A stretch of DNA of 64,000 nt from Octopus vulgaris (GCA_951406725.2 OX597833.1:58590001-58654000), one strand, 5' to 3'; shown: positions 1-14,188, counted from the first letter of the stretch. Numbers and translations are program-made. The notes: generated by a model not told the origin, from the letters alone.

Positions 1-842
1 CACAGACACACAAACACACACATGCATATATGTATATATACATATATACGACAGGCTTCTTTCAGTTTCCGTCTACCAAATCCACTCATAAGGCTTTGGT
101 CAGCTCAGAGCTATAGTAGAAGACACTTGCCCAAGGTTCCATGCAATGGTACTGAACTTGGAACCATGTGGTCAGGAAGGAAATTTCTTACCTCACAGCC
201 CACATCTGCACCTATGCACATCATCATCATCATCATCATCATCCAATACAAACAGCAACAGCAACAACAATCCTTTCTACTATAGACACAAGGCCTGAAA
301 TTTGGCAGGAGGAGACTAGTCGATTACATTGACCTCAGTGTATCACTGGTACTTAATTTATCGACCCTGAAAGGATGAAAGGCAAAGTCGACCTCGACAG
401 AATTTGAACTCACAATGTAGTGATGGACGAAATACTGTTAAGCATTTTGCCCGGTGTGCTAACAATTCTGCCACCTCACTGCCTTAATAATAATGATAAT
501 AATAATAATAATCCTTTCTACTATAGGCAAAAGGCTTATAATGGGAGGGGATGGAGGCAGTTGATTACACCAGTCCCAGTGTATCACTGGTACTTATTTT
601 ATTGATCCTGAAACGATGAAAGGCAAAGTCGACCTTGGTAGAATTTGAACTCAGAACATAAAGACAGGTGATATGCTGTTAAGCATTTTGCCAGGCATGC
701 TTATGATTTTGCTGGTTCACCGCCTTAAAAACAACAGCAACAAAAACAACAATAATAATAAAATAATGATATTACCAACAACAATTTTTGATATAGTCAC
801 AAGACCGGACACTGGGGGCAGGGACTCTCTCTTTACTCCCCG

Positions 843-1115
843 GGACTTATTCTTTGTAAGCCCAGTACTTATTCTATCAGTCTCTTTTGCCGAACCGCTA
901 AGTGACGGGGACGTAAACACACCAGCATCGGTTGTCAAGCAATGCTAGGGGAACAAACACACACACATACATATATCTATATACATATATACAACGGGCT
1001 TCTTTCAGTTTCCGTCTACCAAATCCACTCACAAGGCATTGGTCGGCCCGGGGCTATAGCAGAAAACACTTGCCCAAGATGCCACGCAGTGGGACTGAAC
1101 CCGGAACCATGTGGT
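843..1115 (-). mobile_element. tRNA-derived SINE family A, partial
   Basis: Reverse complement of the body of 3645-4055. Confidence 0.85.
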
Positions 1116-1410
1116 TGTTTAGCACCACATGGTTCTGGGTTCAGTCCCACGTAGATAATTATATCAACTTCAATATTTGACTAACTTTATTTTATCAAAC
1201 GCAGTTGGATAGATGGCAAAGTTGACCCTGATGAAATATGAAACCGAGTGTAAAATGCTGAACCAAATACTGCAAAGTATAAAGTGTTGTAATTATATAC
1301 TCCAACCATGTTGTTGGCCTTGCCCTATTAATTTTTTTGTCATAGACCACTCAATCATAAAGGTGGTAATAAAACATTTTTACCTGTATAACTTAAATGA
1401 ATTTCGATGT

Positions 1411-1973
1411 TATCGGGTTGTCCGGAAAGTTCGTGCCGATTTATAGTAGCTTACCTTTCGACTCGTTTTAGAACATGGTTGAATCCATGAAATAGAATTT
1501 GACTACACCTCCATTTAGAGCACCGTTTAAGCTATCTTTTCGTGGAAGAAGGTTTATGTTCTTATAACCTGTGTTAATTCTGTAACCCTTTAAAATGGAA
1601 GATAAGAAAGTTCATTTTCAGCACTTGATGCTTTGGGAACCAGACAAAAATTGCTGCAGCTCGGCTGGGATGTGTTACCCCACCCTCCATATTCACCAGA
1701 TATTGCTCCTTCAGATTTTTCCACTTATTCAGGTCTCTGCAGAATAGTCTTAATGGTAAAAATTTCAATTCCTTGGATGACGTAAATAGATACCTTGATG
1801 AATTCTTTGCCATGCAACCACCTCAATTCTGGGAAGAGGGTATTTTCAAGTTAAAGGAAAGATGGAGACGCATTGTGCAACAAAATGGTTTATATTTGGT
1901 TGATTAAAAATGTAATGGCAAATATTTATTGACCTTTTTCTTTCCTTTAAAAATCGGCACGAACAACCCAATA
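1411..1973 (+). mobile_element. Internally deleted mariner transposon
   Basis: TA-flanked TIRs (tcgggttgtccggaaagttcgtgccgattt / aaatcggcacgaac-aacccaa). Transposase start MEDKKVHF is fused to C-terminal GWDVLPHPPYSPDIAPSDF...RW, with a frameshift. Confidence 0.9.
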
Positions 1974-2039
1974 CATTTAGAATAGAATAAGATCAATTTT
2001 TTTTTCTTTTAAGATTTTATTGGTTTAGTGTTGGGGAAG

Positions 2040-2520
2040 GAGCTGTGATCCCTTGGTAAACCAGAGATAGTGGCATTGTTAATGTTTCTTTTGAACAGTT
2101 GCGAATTGATGGTTGTAGTAAAAAAACAGGGGCAAGGATGAAATATAAGAGAGTTGACATTCTGTAGAGTAAGGACACCTGCTCATCATGGTTAGCGTGG
2201 GGCCCTATGGAGATGTGTCATGGATATGATATAATATAGTGAAAAGAAGAGGTGATGAAGTTGGATTGCCCGAGTAAACAAGACATGAGACCAGTCAGCT
2301 CCGAGGAGCAGTGGTCACTTTCATAATGATAGACAAGGCAGAGAGATGAGGAAGTGGACATATATATAATTTTGAGGTTGGGATATGTTTGTAAATGATT
2401 TCAGGACAATCAGTTGGGTGGCCTTTTTTGGATGCATTCTAGGATATCTAGATGTGTAGCAGCAGCACCATTTCATATGAGGGTCTCACCTGAGTTTTGT
2501 AGAGCATGAGGACTAAAAGT
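2040..2520 (-). mobile_element. Degenerate LINE reverse-transcriptase 3' remnant
   Basis: Minus strand reads LMLYKTQVRP near 2480-2510, a CR1/L2/Jockey-group motif. Boundaries approximate. Confidence 0.4.
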
Positions 2521-2598
2521 ATTTTCCGGCCCTAAACAGAACATTATCATTCTTTATATTGTAGTGTGTGTGTGTATGTGTGTTTGTGTATATATATA

Positions 2599-2989
2599 TC
2601 TCTCTATATATAAAGCTGAAGTTGTCAGTGTATGGCCGTTTGGTAGCCTTCAACTAACACTATCTCCTCCAAGACCCTGTGGTGCAAGTTGACCAAAATT
2701 GAGAGTATGATAGAAGAAGGCTTGCTCTTCATTCAGTAGAAGAAAAAATTCAAATCAGACCATGTTAAGACCATAAATTATTTACATCAAAAAGGTGCTT
2801 CTTTTCTATGAAAATCCCTATTTTTTACGGTCTTTTGACTGTTGTGTTGCCATTTTTCGGTGTATTTCAACCAGAAAAATGTTCACTTAAAGAGAATAAC
2901 AAGCTACATAATGCAAAATTTTTACTTTTCAAAAATTCCAATTCTAAAGGGTTGAAACAAACCTGTGCAACACTGGATGATACTGCTAG
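2599..2989 (+). mobile_element. Non-autonomous Helitron-like element
   Basis: 5' TC(TCTCTATATATAAAG), 3' ...GATACTGCTAG, inserted between A and T. Second copy at 12374-12764. Confidence 0.7.
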
Positions 2990-2991
2990 TA

Positions 2992-3030
<39 letters not shown>

Positions 3031-3644
3031 AAAAAAGGATGTAGTCTGCTTGTCAGCTTCTGATCCCTGTAGGTTTAGCTTGCCCCCTAATCAAGATGTT
3101 TTAGCATTATGTAGTAATTTTTGTTTTTGTTTCAGTATCACTTACTTGCCTGTTGCATTTTCTGATGGAAAATCTCTCATGGGCCTAGATAAAGAATGCT
3201 ATTGTTTGAACCTGAGATTACTTTCTAAACTTGTTAATACCTTTTTTATACTTGTGAAGATGCTTCAGGTAAAAGAACGGTACTATAGAACGGTACTTTT
3301 CATTTCATTCTCCATCTGTAAATTATTCCGTTTTATTTTCATTTTCTGATCTCCCCATTACCCAAAACATCGTAAGCATAAAAATCTATTAGCAAAAGAA
3401 TGTAGTACTCTATAAATGGATGTAGTCTTTATCCACGCGTTTATAGAATTACATAATCTTACAAGAGATATTGTTATAGGATCTTAGGTAATGTCTTCAA
3501 GCCCTGACTGGAATGTGTTTACTATATCAGCATCAGTAGCAGCTCAAATAAACTCCTTGTTAAATCTTGGCCCCTTTTTTTTACTGGGGATGCTACTTCA
3601 TTTTTACTCACATTTTTAGATTAATTTCCCCCCTTAGTTATATA

Positions 3645-4055
3645 GGTGCAGGAGTGGCTGTGTGGTAAGTAGCTTGCTAACCAACCACATGGTTCCGGGT
3701 TCAGTCCCATTGCGTGGCACCTTGGGCAAGTGTCTTCTTCTATAGCCCCGGGCCGACCAATGCCTTGTGAGTGGATTTGGTAGACGGAAACTGAAAGAAG
3801 CCTGTCGTATATATGTATATATATATATATGTGTGTGTGTGTATGTTTGTGTGTATGTGTTTGTCTCCCTAGCATTGCTTGACAAGCGATGCTGGTGTGT
3901 TTACGTCCCCGTCACTTAGCGGTTCGGCAAAAGAGACCAATAGAATAAGTACTGGGCTTACAAAAGAATAAGTCCCGGGGTCGAGTTGCTCGATTAAAGG
4001 CGGTGCTCCAGCATGGCCGCAGTCAAATGACTGAAACAAGTAAAAGAGTAAAAGA
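3645..4055 (+). mobile_element. tRNA-derived SINE family A, full length (about 400 bp)
   Basis: A box TGGCTGTGTGG, B box GGTTCAGTCCC, CORE-like CCTTGGGCAAG, central (TA)n(TG)n, tail GTAAAAGA repeats. More than 15 copies in the window. Confidence 0.9.
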
Positions 4056-4469
4056 GAGTTACCTTTTAAATGACTTTTCCACATTTAATTAATGTTTTTC
4101 TTTCTACCAATGTAGAATACTTAAATTAATGGAATTTAATCTTTTTTAATTATAGTTGAAAACAGTCATTATTTAGTATAATGTTCGTTAGGATATATCT
4201 ATAATTATCTTACTATAATAAAGAAAGCTGCTTATTAATTAGTTATGAGCATATAACTTTTACTGAAAGAAAATAATTATTAAGCCTTTAGCATTCAGAT
4301 TAGTTCGTCAAATGTAATGCTTAATTTGAATTAATCATGCATCATCTGGTAGCTTGGAGACTTTGATGATGTGACTGTTTATTTTTAGAATGACATTGTA
4401 GGGTAGGTGTGAGAGATCAGATCTGGCCAGTTTGAACATAAAACAGACAGACTATTTGGGCCAGATATA

Positions 4470-5200
4470 GCCTTGATGAGTGATTGAGATCCTTGATGAG
4501 TGATTGAGATCCTTGATGAGTGATCGAGACCCATGGTGAGTGATCAAGTCCCTTGACGAGCGATCGAGACCCTTGAAGGGCAATCGAGACCCTTGCCTTG
4601 ACGAGCAATCAAGACCCTAGAAAGATGATCGAGACCCTTGACGAGTGATCGAGACCCTTGAAGGGTGATCGAGACCCTTGATGAGCAATCGGGACCCTTG
4701 GCGAGCGATCGAGATCCTTGACAAGTGATCGAAACCCTTGATGAGCAATCGAGACCCTTAGCGAGGGATCAAGACCTTTGGCGAGCGATTGAGACCCGTG
4801 GCAAGCGATTGAGACCCTTGGCGAGTAGTCGAGACCCTTGGCAAGCGATCGAGACCCTTGATGAGCGATCGAGACCCTTGACGAGCGATCGAGTCTCTTG
4901 ACAAGCGATCGAGACCCTTGACAAGCAATCGAGACCCTTGACAAGTGATTGAGATCTTTGGCGAGTGATTGAGACCCTTGGCGAGTGGTCAAGACCCTTG
5001 ACAAGTGGTTGAGACCCTTGGTGAGCGATCGAGACCCTTGACGAGCAATCAAAACCCTTGACAAGTGATCAAAACCCTTCACGAGCGATCGAGACCCTTC
5101 ATGAGCGATCGAGACCCTTGGCGATCGATCGAGACCCTTGATAAGCGATTGAGACCCTTGACGAGCAATCAAGACCTTTGAAGAGTGATTGAAACCTTTG
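4470..5200. repeat. 20-bp minisatellite (gacgagcgatcgagaccctt), about 36 units
   Basis: Direct 20-bp periodicity. Confidence 0.95.
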
Positions 5201-5424
5201 GTGATTTGCTGTACTTAAGAAGACTCATCAAGCCAAATGAAATCATAGTTGTGGCTGGTGCCAGTGACACGTAAAAGGCACCCCCTATACTCATGAATTT
5301 GGTAAATGGAAACTGTAGGAAGCCTACCATGTATTTCTCTGTGTACGTTGATATTCTGCGCTGGTCACTGCTATTGGATCTTCCCTGTTGGCATTATGAC
5401 TGGTCACTCCACATTTTGGAAGAA

Positions 5425-5740
5425 ATCATCATCATCATCTTCGTTTAGCGTCGCTTTCCATGCTAGCATGGGTTGGATGGTTCAACTGGGGTCTGGGAAG
5501 CCAGAGGGCTGCACCAGGCCCAGTCTGATCTGGCAGTGTTTCTACGGCTGGATGCCCTTCCTAACGCCAACCACTCTGTGAGTGTAGTGGGTGCTTTTTA
5601 CATGCCACTGGCACAGGTGCCAGACGAGGCTGGCAAACGGCCACGATCGGATGGTGCTTTTTACGTGCCACCGGCACGGGGGCCAGGCGAGGCTGGCAAC
5701 GGCCACGTTCAGATGGCTCTCTTACGTACCACTGGCACTT
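5425..5740 (-). mobile_element. Retroposon family C ((GAT)n tail, internal tandem repeats)
   Basis: Minus strand GAGTGGTTGGCGTTAGGAAGGGCATCCAGC...AAACGA then (GAT)n-like tail; 5' truncated. Confidence 0.8.
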
Positions 5741-6599
5741 AGAAACCCCTTTCTTGAAATGCAAGTAAGGGTTGGCAACAGGAAGAGCATCGGACTATAA
5801 AATTCCATCTCAAATAGCTCCCCGTTTAACCAATGCCGCTAGCCTGGAATAATGGACATTAATCAAATGTGTGTATAAACGTGTATCTCAAAATTCAATG
5901 TATAATTCAATAAATGGCTAACAATTTTAAGCTAGACAAGACAATACCTCTCTTACCCCGACCCTTTCTCTCCCATCTTTATTACATATGCTAAATGCCT
6001 GCTAGTACAAACTTAGATAGGCTATGTTATATTTCACATTGGCTAAATGCTACTGCTTCTGTTATTGCTATTACTACTACTATTCCTATCACTATTCTGT
6101 TTACTATTGATACTATTATTACCAGCACTTTAATTACTCTAGCAGCAGTCTAGACAATATTAACGAGCACTGCTCTGTTACTTTGTTGTTAGCTGTTTAC
6201 AAAATTTACAAGTGTTAAGTTGGGGCGATGTTTTACTTGTCTGCATTCTTTGAACTGTTCATGCCAACCCAGACTCTGGCTAACCTACTTTTCTCTATGA
6301 CTATCCAATGGTCAACTGAACTTTCTCCCTATCCAACCTGCAATAAAGCATAAGGCCCTAACACGACTCGCTGTCAGTAGCAATCATCATCATCATATGT
6401 CCGCTTTCCATGCCTGATTGGGTTGGATGGTTCGGCAAGCGCTGGCAAGGCCAGGATCCCCCACTAGGTTCCATAGTCTGTTTCGGTTTGATTTCGTTGG
6501 ATGCCCTTCCTAATGCCAACCACTTTACAGAGTATACTGGGTGCTTTTTACGTGGCACCATCACCAGTACTTTTTACATGGCACAAAAATATTAACATA

Positions 6600-6958
6600 G
6601 GCACAGGAGTGGCTGTGTGGTAAGTAGCTTGCTTACCAACCACATAGTCTCAGGTTCGGTCCCACTGCATGGTACCTTGGGCAAGTGTCTTCTCTGGGGC
6701 CGACCAAAGCCTTGTGAGTGGATTTGGTAGACGGAAACTGAAAGAAGCCCGTCATATATATATATATGTGTGTGTGTGTTTGTGTGTGTCTGTGTCTGTT
6801 CCCTCACATTGCTTGACAACCGATGCTGGTGTGTTTACGTCCCCGTAACTTAGCGGTTCGACAAAAGAGAACAATAGAATAAGTCCTGGGGTCGATTTGT
6901 TTGACTAAAGGCGATGCTCCAGCGTAGCCGCAGTCAAATGACTGAAACAAATAAAAGA
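6600..6958 (+). mobile_element. SINE family A
   Basis: Matches 3645-4055. Confidence 0.88.
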
Positions 6959-6997
6959 ATTAGTTTTTTTTTGTCATTGTAAATGTGTGTGTGTGCA

Positions 6998-7029
<32 letters not shown>

Positions 7030-7551
7030 GTGACTATTCGTAATTTTGTGTGGCATAGGTTTGTTTGTTCTAGAAATATTGAACTTTGCTCATTTGGTGA
7101 AGAAAAACCCCCCAAAATATTCAATTTATAGAAAAGTAGTTTTCTAAAACAAACAATTACACCGAGAGAAGCAATTCCGATCGGCTTCAAAAAAGCCATT
7201 AAACACAGCCAAGTAATGTTTCTTGCTAGTGTTCTGCTATGTTCACATGACAGTTATGTGCCTCAAAATAATAAAATCCAACATTTCAGCGCCAGCCAAA
7301 AATGCTAAAAATGTTTCCATGTTAAGGGAATTTTCCATCAAAGATGAACATCAAATTATGTTCATCTCTCGATTTGGGGGAAATCAATCTCAAGAGGCAT
7401 TTCATGAAAGTTGCTGTGCTGCTGCTGTTGCCGCTGCTGCAGTTACACTTTGACTATGGTGATAACGACCCACCCATGCTACCCATGGTTGTATGATATA
7501 ACATGCCTGTTTTGATGTTATTTAAATTCGAACCCTTCCATCAAAATGTTA

Positions 7552-8096
7552 TCATCATCATCATCGTTTAACGTCCGTTTTCCATGCTAGCATGGGTTGG
7601 ACGGTTCGACTGGGGTCTGGGAAGCCAGGAGGCTGCACCAGGCTCCAGTCTGATCTGGCAGTGTTTCTACAGCTGGATGCCCTTCTTAACGCCAACCACT
7701 CCGTGAGTGAAGTGGGTGCTTTTTACATGCCAGGGTAGGCTGGCAGCGGCCACGAATAGTTGGTGCTTTTTCTGTGCCACCGGCACAGGTGTAAGGGGAG
7801 GCTGGCAACGGCCACGAACAGTTGGTGCTTTTTATGTGCCACTGGCACGGATGCCAGTCAAGGTGGTGCTGGCATTGGCCACGTACGGATGGTGCTTTTT
7901 ACATGCCACCGGCACAGGTGCCAGGGTAGGCTGGCAACACTCACGAATGGTTGGTGCTTTTTACATGCCACCAGTACAGGTGCCAGGGTAGGCTGGCAAC
8001 GGCCACGAATGGTTGTTGCTTTTTACGTGCCACCAGCACAGATGTCAGGGGAGTCTGGCGACGGCCACAATCGGTTGGTGCCTTTTACGTGCCATT
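7552..8096 (-). mobile_element. Retroposon family C with an expanded internal array of about 57-68 bp units
   Basis: Repeated ggtgctttttacgtgccaccggcac units. Confidence 0.8.
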
Positions 8097-8604
8097 CCAA
8101 GCATACGCTAAAGAACGGCAATTTTATAGAACGGTTATTTTACTAAATTCTTCATTATCTTCAAAACTGATCGAAACAAGATCAATGTTTCTTAGAGAGG
8201 AAATATCATAACAAAAGGGTTAATATTGGCTCTTGAAAAAAAATGAGGTTAGGGGTAAAAATTTTCCTTTTGTTCAGACATTTTGTTGGTTTCTTTCCAA
8301 CACCTTTCCCTGGAGGAGTGTCAATATTTTCCTTTGTGATGAAAAAGAAAATAATTTTTTTTTTTTAAATTACTTCTGAAGCTAAACAAGGTTCCTATGC
8401 AGAGTGGCTGGCATCTTTTTGTTAGTAAAGAAATCAATAATTACTCATTAAGTTCACCTTGCCAAAATTGGGTAGATGTAAGATATGGTAACATCTTTGT
8501 GTACGAAATGTAAACAACAGCTGATTCCCCCTCGTGTCACTTCTCTTTATTCAATTTCCTGTAAGTGGAGGGTTTACCCAGTTACACCTTCACCACCATC
8601 CTCC

Positions 8605-9206
8605 TATTTGTTTACTACCCACAAGGGGCTAAACACAGAGGGGACAAACAAGGACAGACAAACGGAATAAGTCGATTACATCGACCCCAGTGCGTAACTG
8701 GTACTTAATTTATCGACCCCGAAAGGATGAAAGGCAAAGTCGACCTCAGCGGAATTTGAACTCAGAACGTAGCAGCAGATGAAATACCTATTTCTTTACT
8801 ACCCACAAGGGGCTAAACACAGAGGAGACAAACAAGGACAGACAAACAGATTAAGTCGATTACATTGACCCCAGTGCGTAACTGGTACTTAATTTTATCG
8901 GCTCCGAAAGGATGAAAGGCAAAGTCGACCTCGGCGGAATTTGAACTCAGAACGTAACAGCAGACAAAATACCTATTTCTTTACTACCCACAAGGGGTTA
9001 AACACAGAGGGGACAAACAAGGGCAGACAAAGGGATTAAGTCGATTACATCAACCCCAGTGTGTAACTGGTACTTAATTTATCGACCCTGAAAGGATAAA
9101 AGGCAAAGTTGACCTCGGCGGAATTTGAACTCAGAACATAACGGCAGATGAAATACGGCTACGCATTTCGCTCGGCGTGCTAACAATTCTGCTAGCTCGC
9201 AGCCTT
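8605..9206 (-). mobile_element. SINE family B, one head plus three tandem bodies
   Basis: About 184-bp units containing GCCTTTCATCCTTTCGGGGTCGATAAA; 16-bp TSD ttcaccaccatcctcc. Confidence 0.88.
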
Positions 9207-9750
9207 ATTTTTTCACCACCATCCTCCACTTCCAATTGGGGTAACCCTGTACCTCCCCAATTGTAAGACACTTGTTCCAGTCCCCCTATCACACTTTAAA
9301 CTTTCAACACTTGTCATAAAGCCACTTCCCTCAATACAGCTCCCCACCCCACTCAGGGTCTTGTCTTGTGAGTTATTGGTAACTTTAGTAGTGTTGGTAC
9401 CACGTAAAACTCACCCGCTACACTCTGTAAAGTGGTTGGCATTAGGATGGACATCCATCTATGGAATTCACACCAATGCAGACACTGGCTCACCAGCTCC
9501 TGCGGAACTGTTTAACCCTTGCTAGTATGGAAAATGGTGTCGAGAGGGGAGGCTGGTATGAATGAGTGACTGCTGGTCATCCATAAACATCATTGCCTGG
9601 ACTTATGCTTGGGAAGAAATGTCGCTTAGAATTTTACCTGATATGCTAACAAATCTGTCAGCTCATTGCTTTGTAATTAATTGCTTCAAATTTTGGCATG
9701 AGGCCAGTAGTAGGAGGTAGTTGGTTGATTAAGTCGACCCTGAAAAGATG

Positions 9751-9985
9751 AAGGCGGCGAGCTGGCAGAAACGTTAGCATGCCGGGCGAAATGCGTAGCC
9801 GTATTTCGTCTGCCGTTACGTTCTGAGTTCAAATTCCGCCGAGGTTGACTTTGCCTTTCATCCTTTCGGGGTCAATAAATTAAATACCAGTTATGCACTG
9901 GGGTCGATATAATCGACTTTATCCGTTTGTCTGTCCTTGTTTATCCTCTCTGTGTTTAGCCCCTTGTGGGTAGTAAAGAAATAGG
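9751..9985 (+). mobile_element. SINE family B monomer
   Basis: Head AAGGCGGCGAGCTGGCAGAA, B box GAGTTCAAATTCC, single body. Confidence 0.85.
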
Positions 9986-11109
9986 TATGAATGAGTGACT
10001 GCTGGTCTTCCATAAACATCATTGCCTGGACTTATGCTTGGGAGGGTAACTTTCTAGGTGCAATCCCATGGTCAATCATGACCGAAGGGGGTGTTTTTAA
10101 CTTTTAGAAAGGGCATCCAACTATAGAAACCATGCTGAAACAGACACTAGAGCATGATTCACTCCTTCGATCCATCTGATCCTGTGAAACCATCCAGCCC
10201 ATGCCAGCATGGAACACGATGTTAAATGATGACGATAAAGAAGATCATTAAGATAATTATTTATTTAATGAACACATTCAGGGTTTGTTGTTATGCAATT
10301 ATTTTCTTCTGATTGTTTTTTTCCTTGCAGTGGATAATGCACTCAATGACCTGTTTACTTTTGAACTTTTCTCTCGCCGAAGATCTTTTTTCCCAATGAA
10401 AATAGCCACAGTTTTAATCATAAAAACCGGAAAACTTCAGACAGATCTTACATTTTAAAAATTTATAGCAGTTCTGTATCTTTCCATCCTCTTTTGATTC
10501 AGCACAGTGCAGTTCCATCTCCACGAGATTCAAGTCACTCCACTACATCTTGATTTATTTATACCATCTCAGCAATCTCCTGATGAACATTTCATATTGG
10601 CTCTTCAATATTCAGGAAGTCTGCAATGCAGTTTGGATTGATTTTTCTCCGGATAATATGCATTGCAGTTGTTTTCATTTGCTGCCATGCGACATTAAAA
10701 TTTTCAATAGCATTCATGATATGGCAACCCTGCCAAAACTCTTTTACATTTGGTTTTGTTTCACCATCTGAGAACATAATTACTTAAAGGTGTACTATAA
10801 ATAGCAGGCTTTGATAATCCTCTGGTCCACAGTTTGAGTCAAACTAGTTGTGGTTGGCGGCAGAAAAGCTCCTTGAACATTGTCTGCCTGGTCTTCCAGT
10901 TCAGGGGAGAGATCTGGAGCACAATGCTCAAAAAGTAAAGGCTTTATTTTTTACATTTTTAGCTCGATAGTATTCTTTATTAGCTGAGCAGCGATACAAA
11001 GTAAACCAATCCTGAGAAAACTGCTCTGTAGAAGTATCCCTTTTTATTTGTTTGTCATACAACAGGAAGATATTTAAATTATCTTTTCATAACCTTATGA
11101 TGTCTCAGA

Positions 11110-11482
11110 ATGGGCTGTGTGGTAAGTAGCTTGCTTACGAACCACATGGTTCCAGGTTCAGTCCCACTGCGTGGCATCTTGGGCAAGTATCTTCTACTAT
11201 AGCCTCGGGCCGACCAAAGCCTTGTGAGTGGATTTGGTAGACGGAAACTGAAAGAAGCCCGTCGTATATATGTGTGTGTGTTTGTGTGTCTGTGTTTGTC
11301 CCCCCCAATATCACTTGACAACCGATGCTGGTGTGTTTACGTCCCCGTAACTTGGCGGTTCGGCAAGAGACCGATAGAATAAGTACTAGGCTTCTAAAGA
11401 ATGAGTCCTGGGGTCGATTTGTTTGACTAAAGGCAGTGCTCCAGCATGGCCACAGTCAAATGACTGAAACAAGTAAAAGAGT
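11110..11482 (+). mobile_element. SINE family A
   Basis: Matches 3645-4055. Confidence 0.88.
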
Positions 11483-12373
11483 AAGTAATGACTTCAGCTT
11501 TAGATCTCCTGAAACATTGACCCCAAATACCAAAGTCATGTGATCTTTGACAGTTTTGAGACCCAGGTGTACATTTTTCATCTCCAGAAATGTATCTTCA
11601 TTTTGGTATCCATTTTTAAAAATAAGCCTTTCTCACCTACATTTAATAATTTGCTGTTTTGAGTATTCTCCTTCATCATTAACAATGTTTTCAGTAGCAC
11701 TATGACAGCAGTTACTGCTTATTTGTTGTTGCTTTGCAGACTCAGTATCTGCTTATAATGTAGTTTTGAGTGATTCTGAATACACTCAAACCAGCTACAG
11801 CTTTGAGGTTTTCATTTTTGGCACTAAAATTCTGTATTCTCTTTAGCTCATCAGATATGCTAAAATGTTTCAATTCTATAATCTGTAGCAAATTTTGAGT
11901 ATTATGCTGATGTTTGCAATATGTTTAAAAGTTTTTGTCATATTTTCCATTCTACTGGTTCTGTTCCAAGTTAATTTCGTATCAGCTAAAAGTGCTAACA
12001 CTTAGAGCACAAGCTTTAATTTTTTCTTGGCATTATTGCAAATCGTTTTTACACTTGCTGGTTGAAAGAAGAGAACTCTTTCCAATACCTACAGCTCACC
12101 GTCCATCATTGAATCCCTGTAACATTTCTAATTTAGTTTCTAATGTTACACTTTATCAAAGTTCTTTTTCGTTTGTTTGCGTCCAGAGTCATCAGTGGTG
12201 TACACAATCCATCTTTAGTTATCAATGCAGCAGGGATAAATCAAGGAAAAAATATTTGTCACGTGAAAATCATAAAAACCATACAATAACAAAACCTGGC
12301 TTGTTTTGAATTTAGCAAACTTCACAATGGTTTGCTGTTCGGCCACCTCCCCCTATCTACTTTTATATGTTTA

Positions 12374-12764
12374 CTAGCAGTATCGCTCAGCATTGCTTGG
12401 GTTTGTTTCGACCCTTTAGAATTGGAATTTTTGAAAAGTAAAAATTTTGCATTATATAGCTTGTTATTCTCTTTAAGTGAACATTTTTCTGGTTGAAATA
12501 CACCGAAAAATGGTGACACAGCTGTCAAAAAATCGTAAAAAATAAGGATTTTCATAGAAAAAAAATCACCTTTTTGATGTAAATAATTTTTGGTGTTAAC
12601 ATAGTCCGATTTGAAGTTTTTCTTCTACGGAAGGAAGAGCAAGCCTTCTTCTATCATACTCTCAATTTTGGTCAACTTGCGCTGCAGGGTCTTGGAGGAG
12701 ATAATGTTAGTTGAAGGCTACTAAACCTGCCACACACAGACAACTTCAACTTTATATATATAGA
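12374..12764 (-). mobile_element. Non-autonomous Helitron-like element, second copy
   Basis: Reverse complement of 2599-2989 over its whole length; TC...CTAG ends. Confidence 0.7.
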
Positions 12765-13165
12765 TTTGTCCCAATTTTCATTTAATATCATGGCTAATTG
12801 GCCAACAGAAATGTAAATTGTTACTGGAACATCAAAAAGGCCATATTTTGTGTTCAGGACATCTAAGAAAAATCTAACAGACCCTGCTGTAGAAGGAGTA
12901 CTACTCTGCATTTGTTAAATGCAATTTTGGCTTTAGTTTCTACTATTTTATATTTTGAATATTAATCATTATTTTAATTATTTAACAACCATGTTCCGTA
13001 CTGGTATGGATCAGGCAGTTTATAAGGATCTGATGGGTCCAAGGACTGCATCATACTTATGTATATATGTACGTACACACATACGTAACAATTAACTGCA
13101 AATAAAGAGAGCTTTTACTGAGAATTAAGTTCAATGAGCCCCTAATGCTTGGGAAAGAGCTAAAT

Positions 13166-13245
13166 ATCATCATCATCATCACTACCATCATCATCATCAG
13201 CAGCAGCAGCACCACCAGCACCACCACCACCATCACCACCACCAT

Positions 13246-13286
<41 letters not shown>

Positions 13287-13410
13287 CCACCACCACCACC
13301 ACCATCATCATCACCACCATCACCATCATCAGCACCACCATCATCATCATCATCACCACAACCACTACCACCACCACCACCACCACCATCATCATCATCA
13401 CCATCGTCAT
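13166..13410. repeat. (CAY/CAG)n trinucleotide repeat
   Basis: Direct reading. Confidence 0.95.
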
Positions 13411-14151
13411 TCTCTCTTCTACAGGTACAAAGCCTGAAATTTTGTGGGAGGAGCCCAGTCAGTTACAATTGCCCCAGTGCTCAATTATTAGTGCTTATTT
13501 TATTGGACCTTGAAAAAATGAAAGGCAAAATTGACCCCAGCAGAATTTGAACCCAGACAGTAAAGAGCGGAAGAAATGCTGCTGCTTAGCATTTTACCTG
13601 ACATGCTAACGAATCTGTCAGCTCATTGCTTTGTGATTAACTGTTTCGAATTTTGGCATGAGACCAGCAGTTTTTGTAGGAGGGAGTTGGTTGATTAAGT
13701 CAACCCTGAATAGATGAATGGCAGGGTTTGGACCCAAAATGTAAAGCAGGAAGAAACATCACAAAGCATTTTTCTGATGTACTAAGGATTCTGTTAGCTT
13801 GCTGCCTTAATAATAACAATAATAATAATTGTGACCCTCTTCAGTCATGAATAACCATGGGATTGCACCTAGAAAGTTACCCTCCGAGGCACAAGTCTGA
13901 GCAAGGTTGTTTATGGAAGACCACCAGTCACACATGCATACCGGCCTCCCCTCTCCACGCCACTGATGTTATCCAAGGAAAAGGCAAAGGGGCCGATACA
14001 GCTTGGCACCTGTGATGTTGCAACTCATTTATTAACGTGCAAGTGGCCGAACATTTCACAGACACGTGTACCCTTAAGACACACAAGATGTTTAAATATC
14101 ATTCACCAGATTACAATGACACTCTTCTTTTAATTTTGACTAATAATGATG

Positions 14152-14188
<37 letters not shown>

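Noticed and set aside
3645-3720. tRNA gene
   Set aside because: The A and B boxes belong to SINE heads; no complete cloverleaf seen.
4609-5172. 187-aa repetitive ORF
   Set aside because: Translation of the 20-bp minisatellite.
13057-13513. Poly-M/V/T/I ORFs
   Set aside because: Trinucleotide repeat translations.
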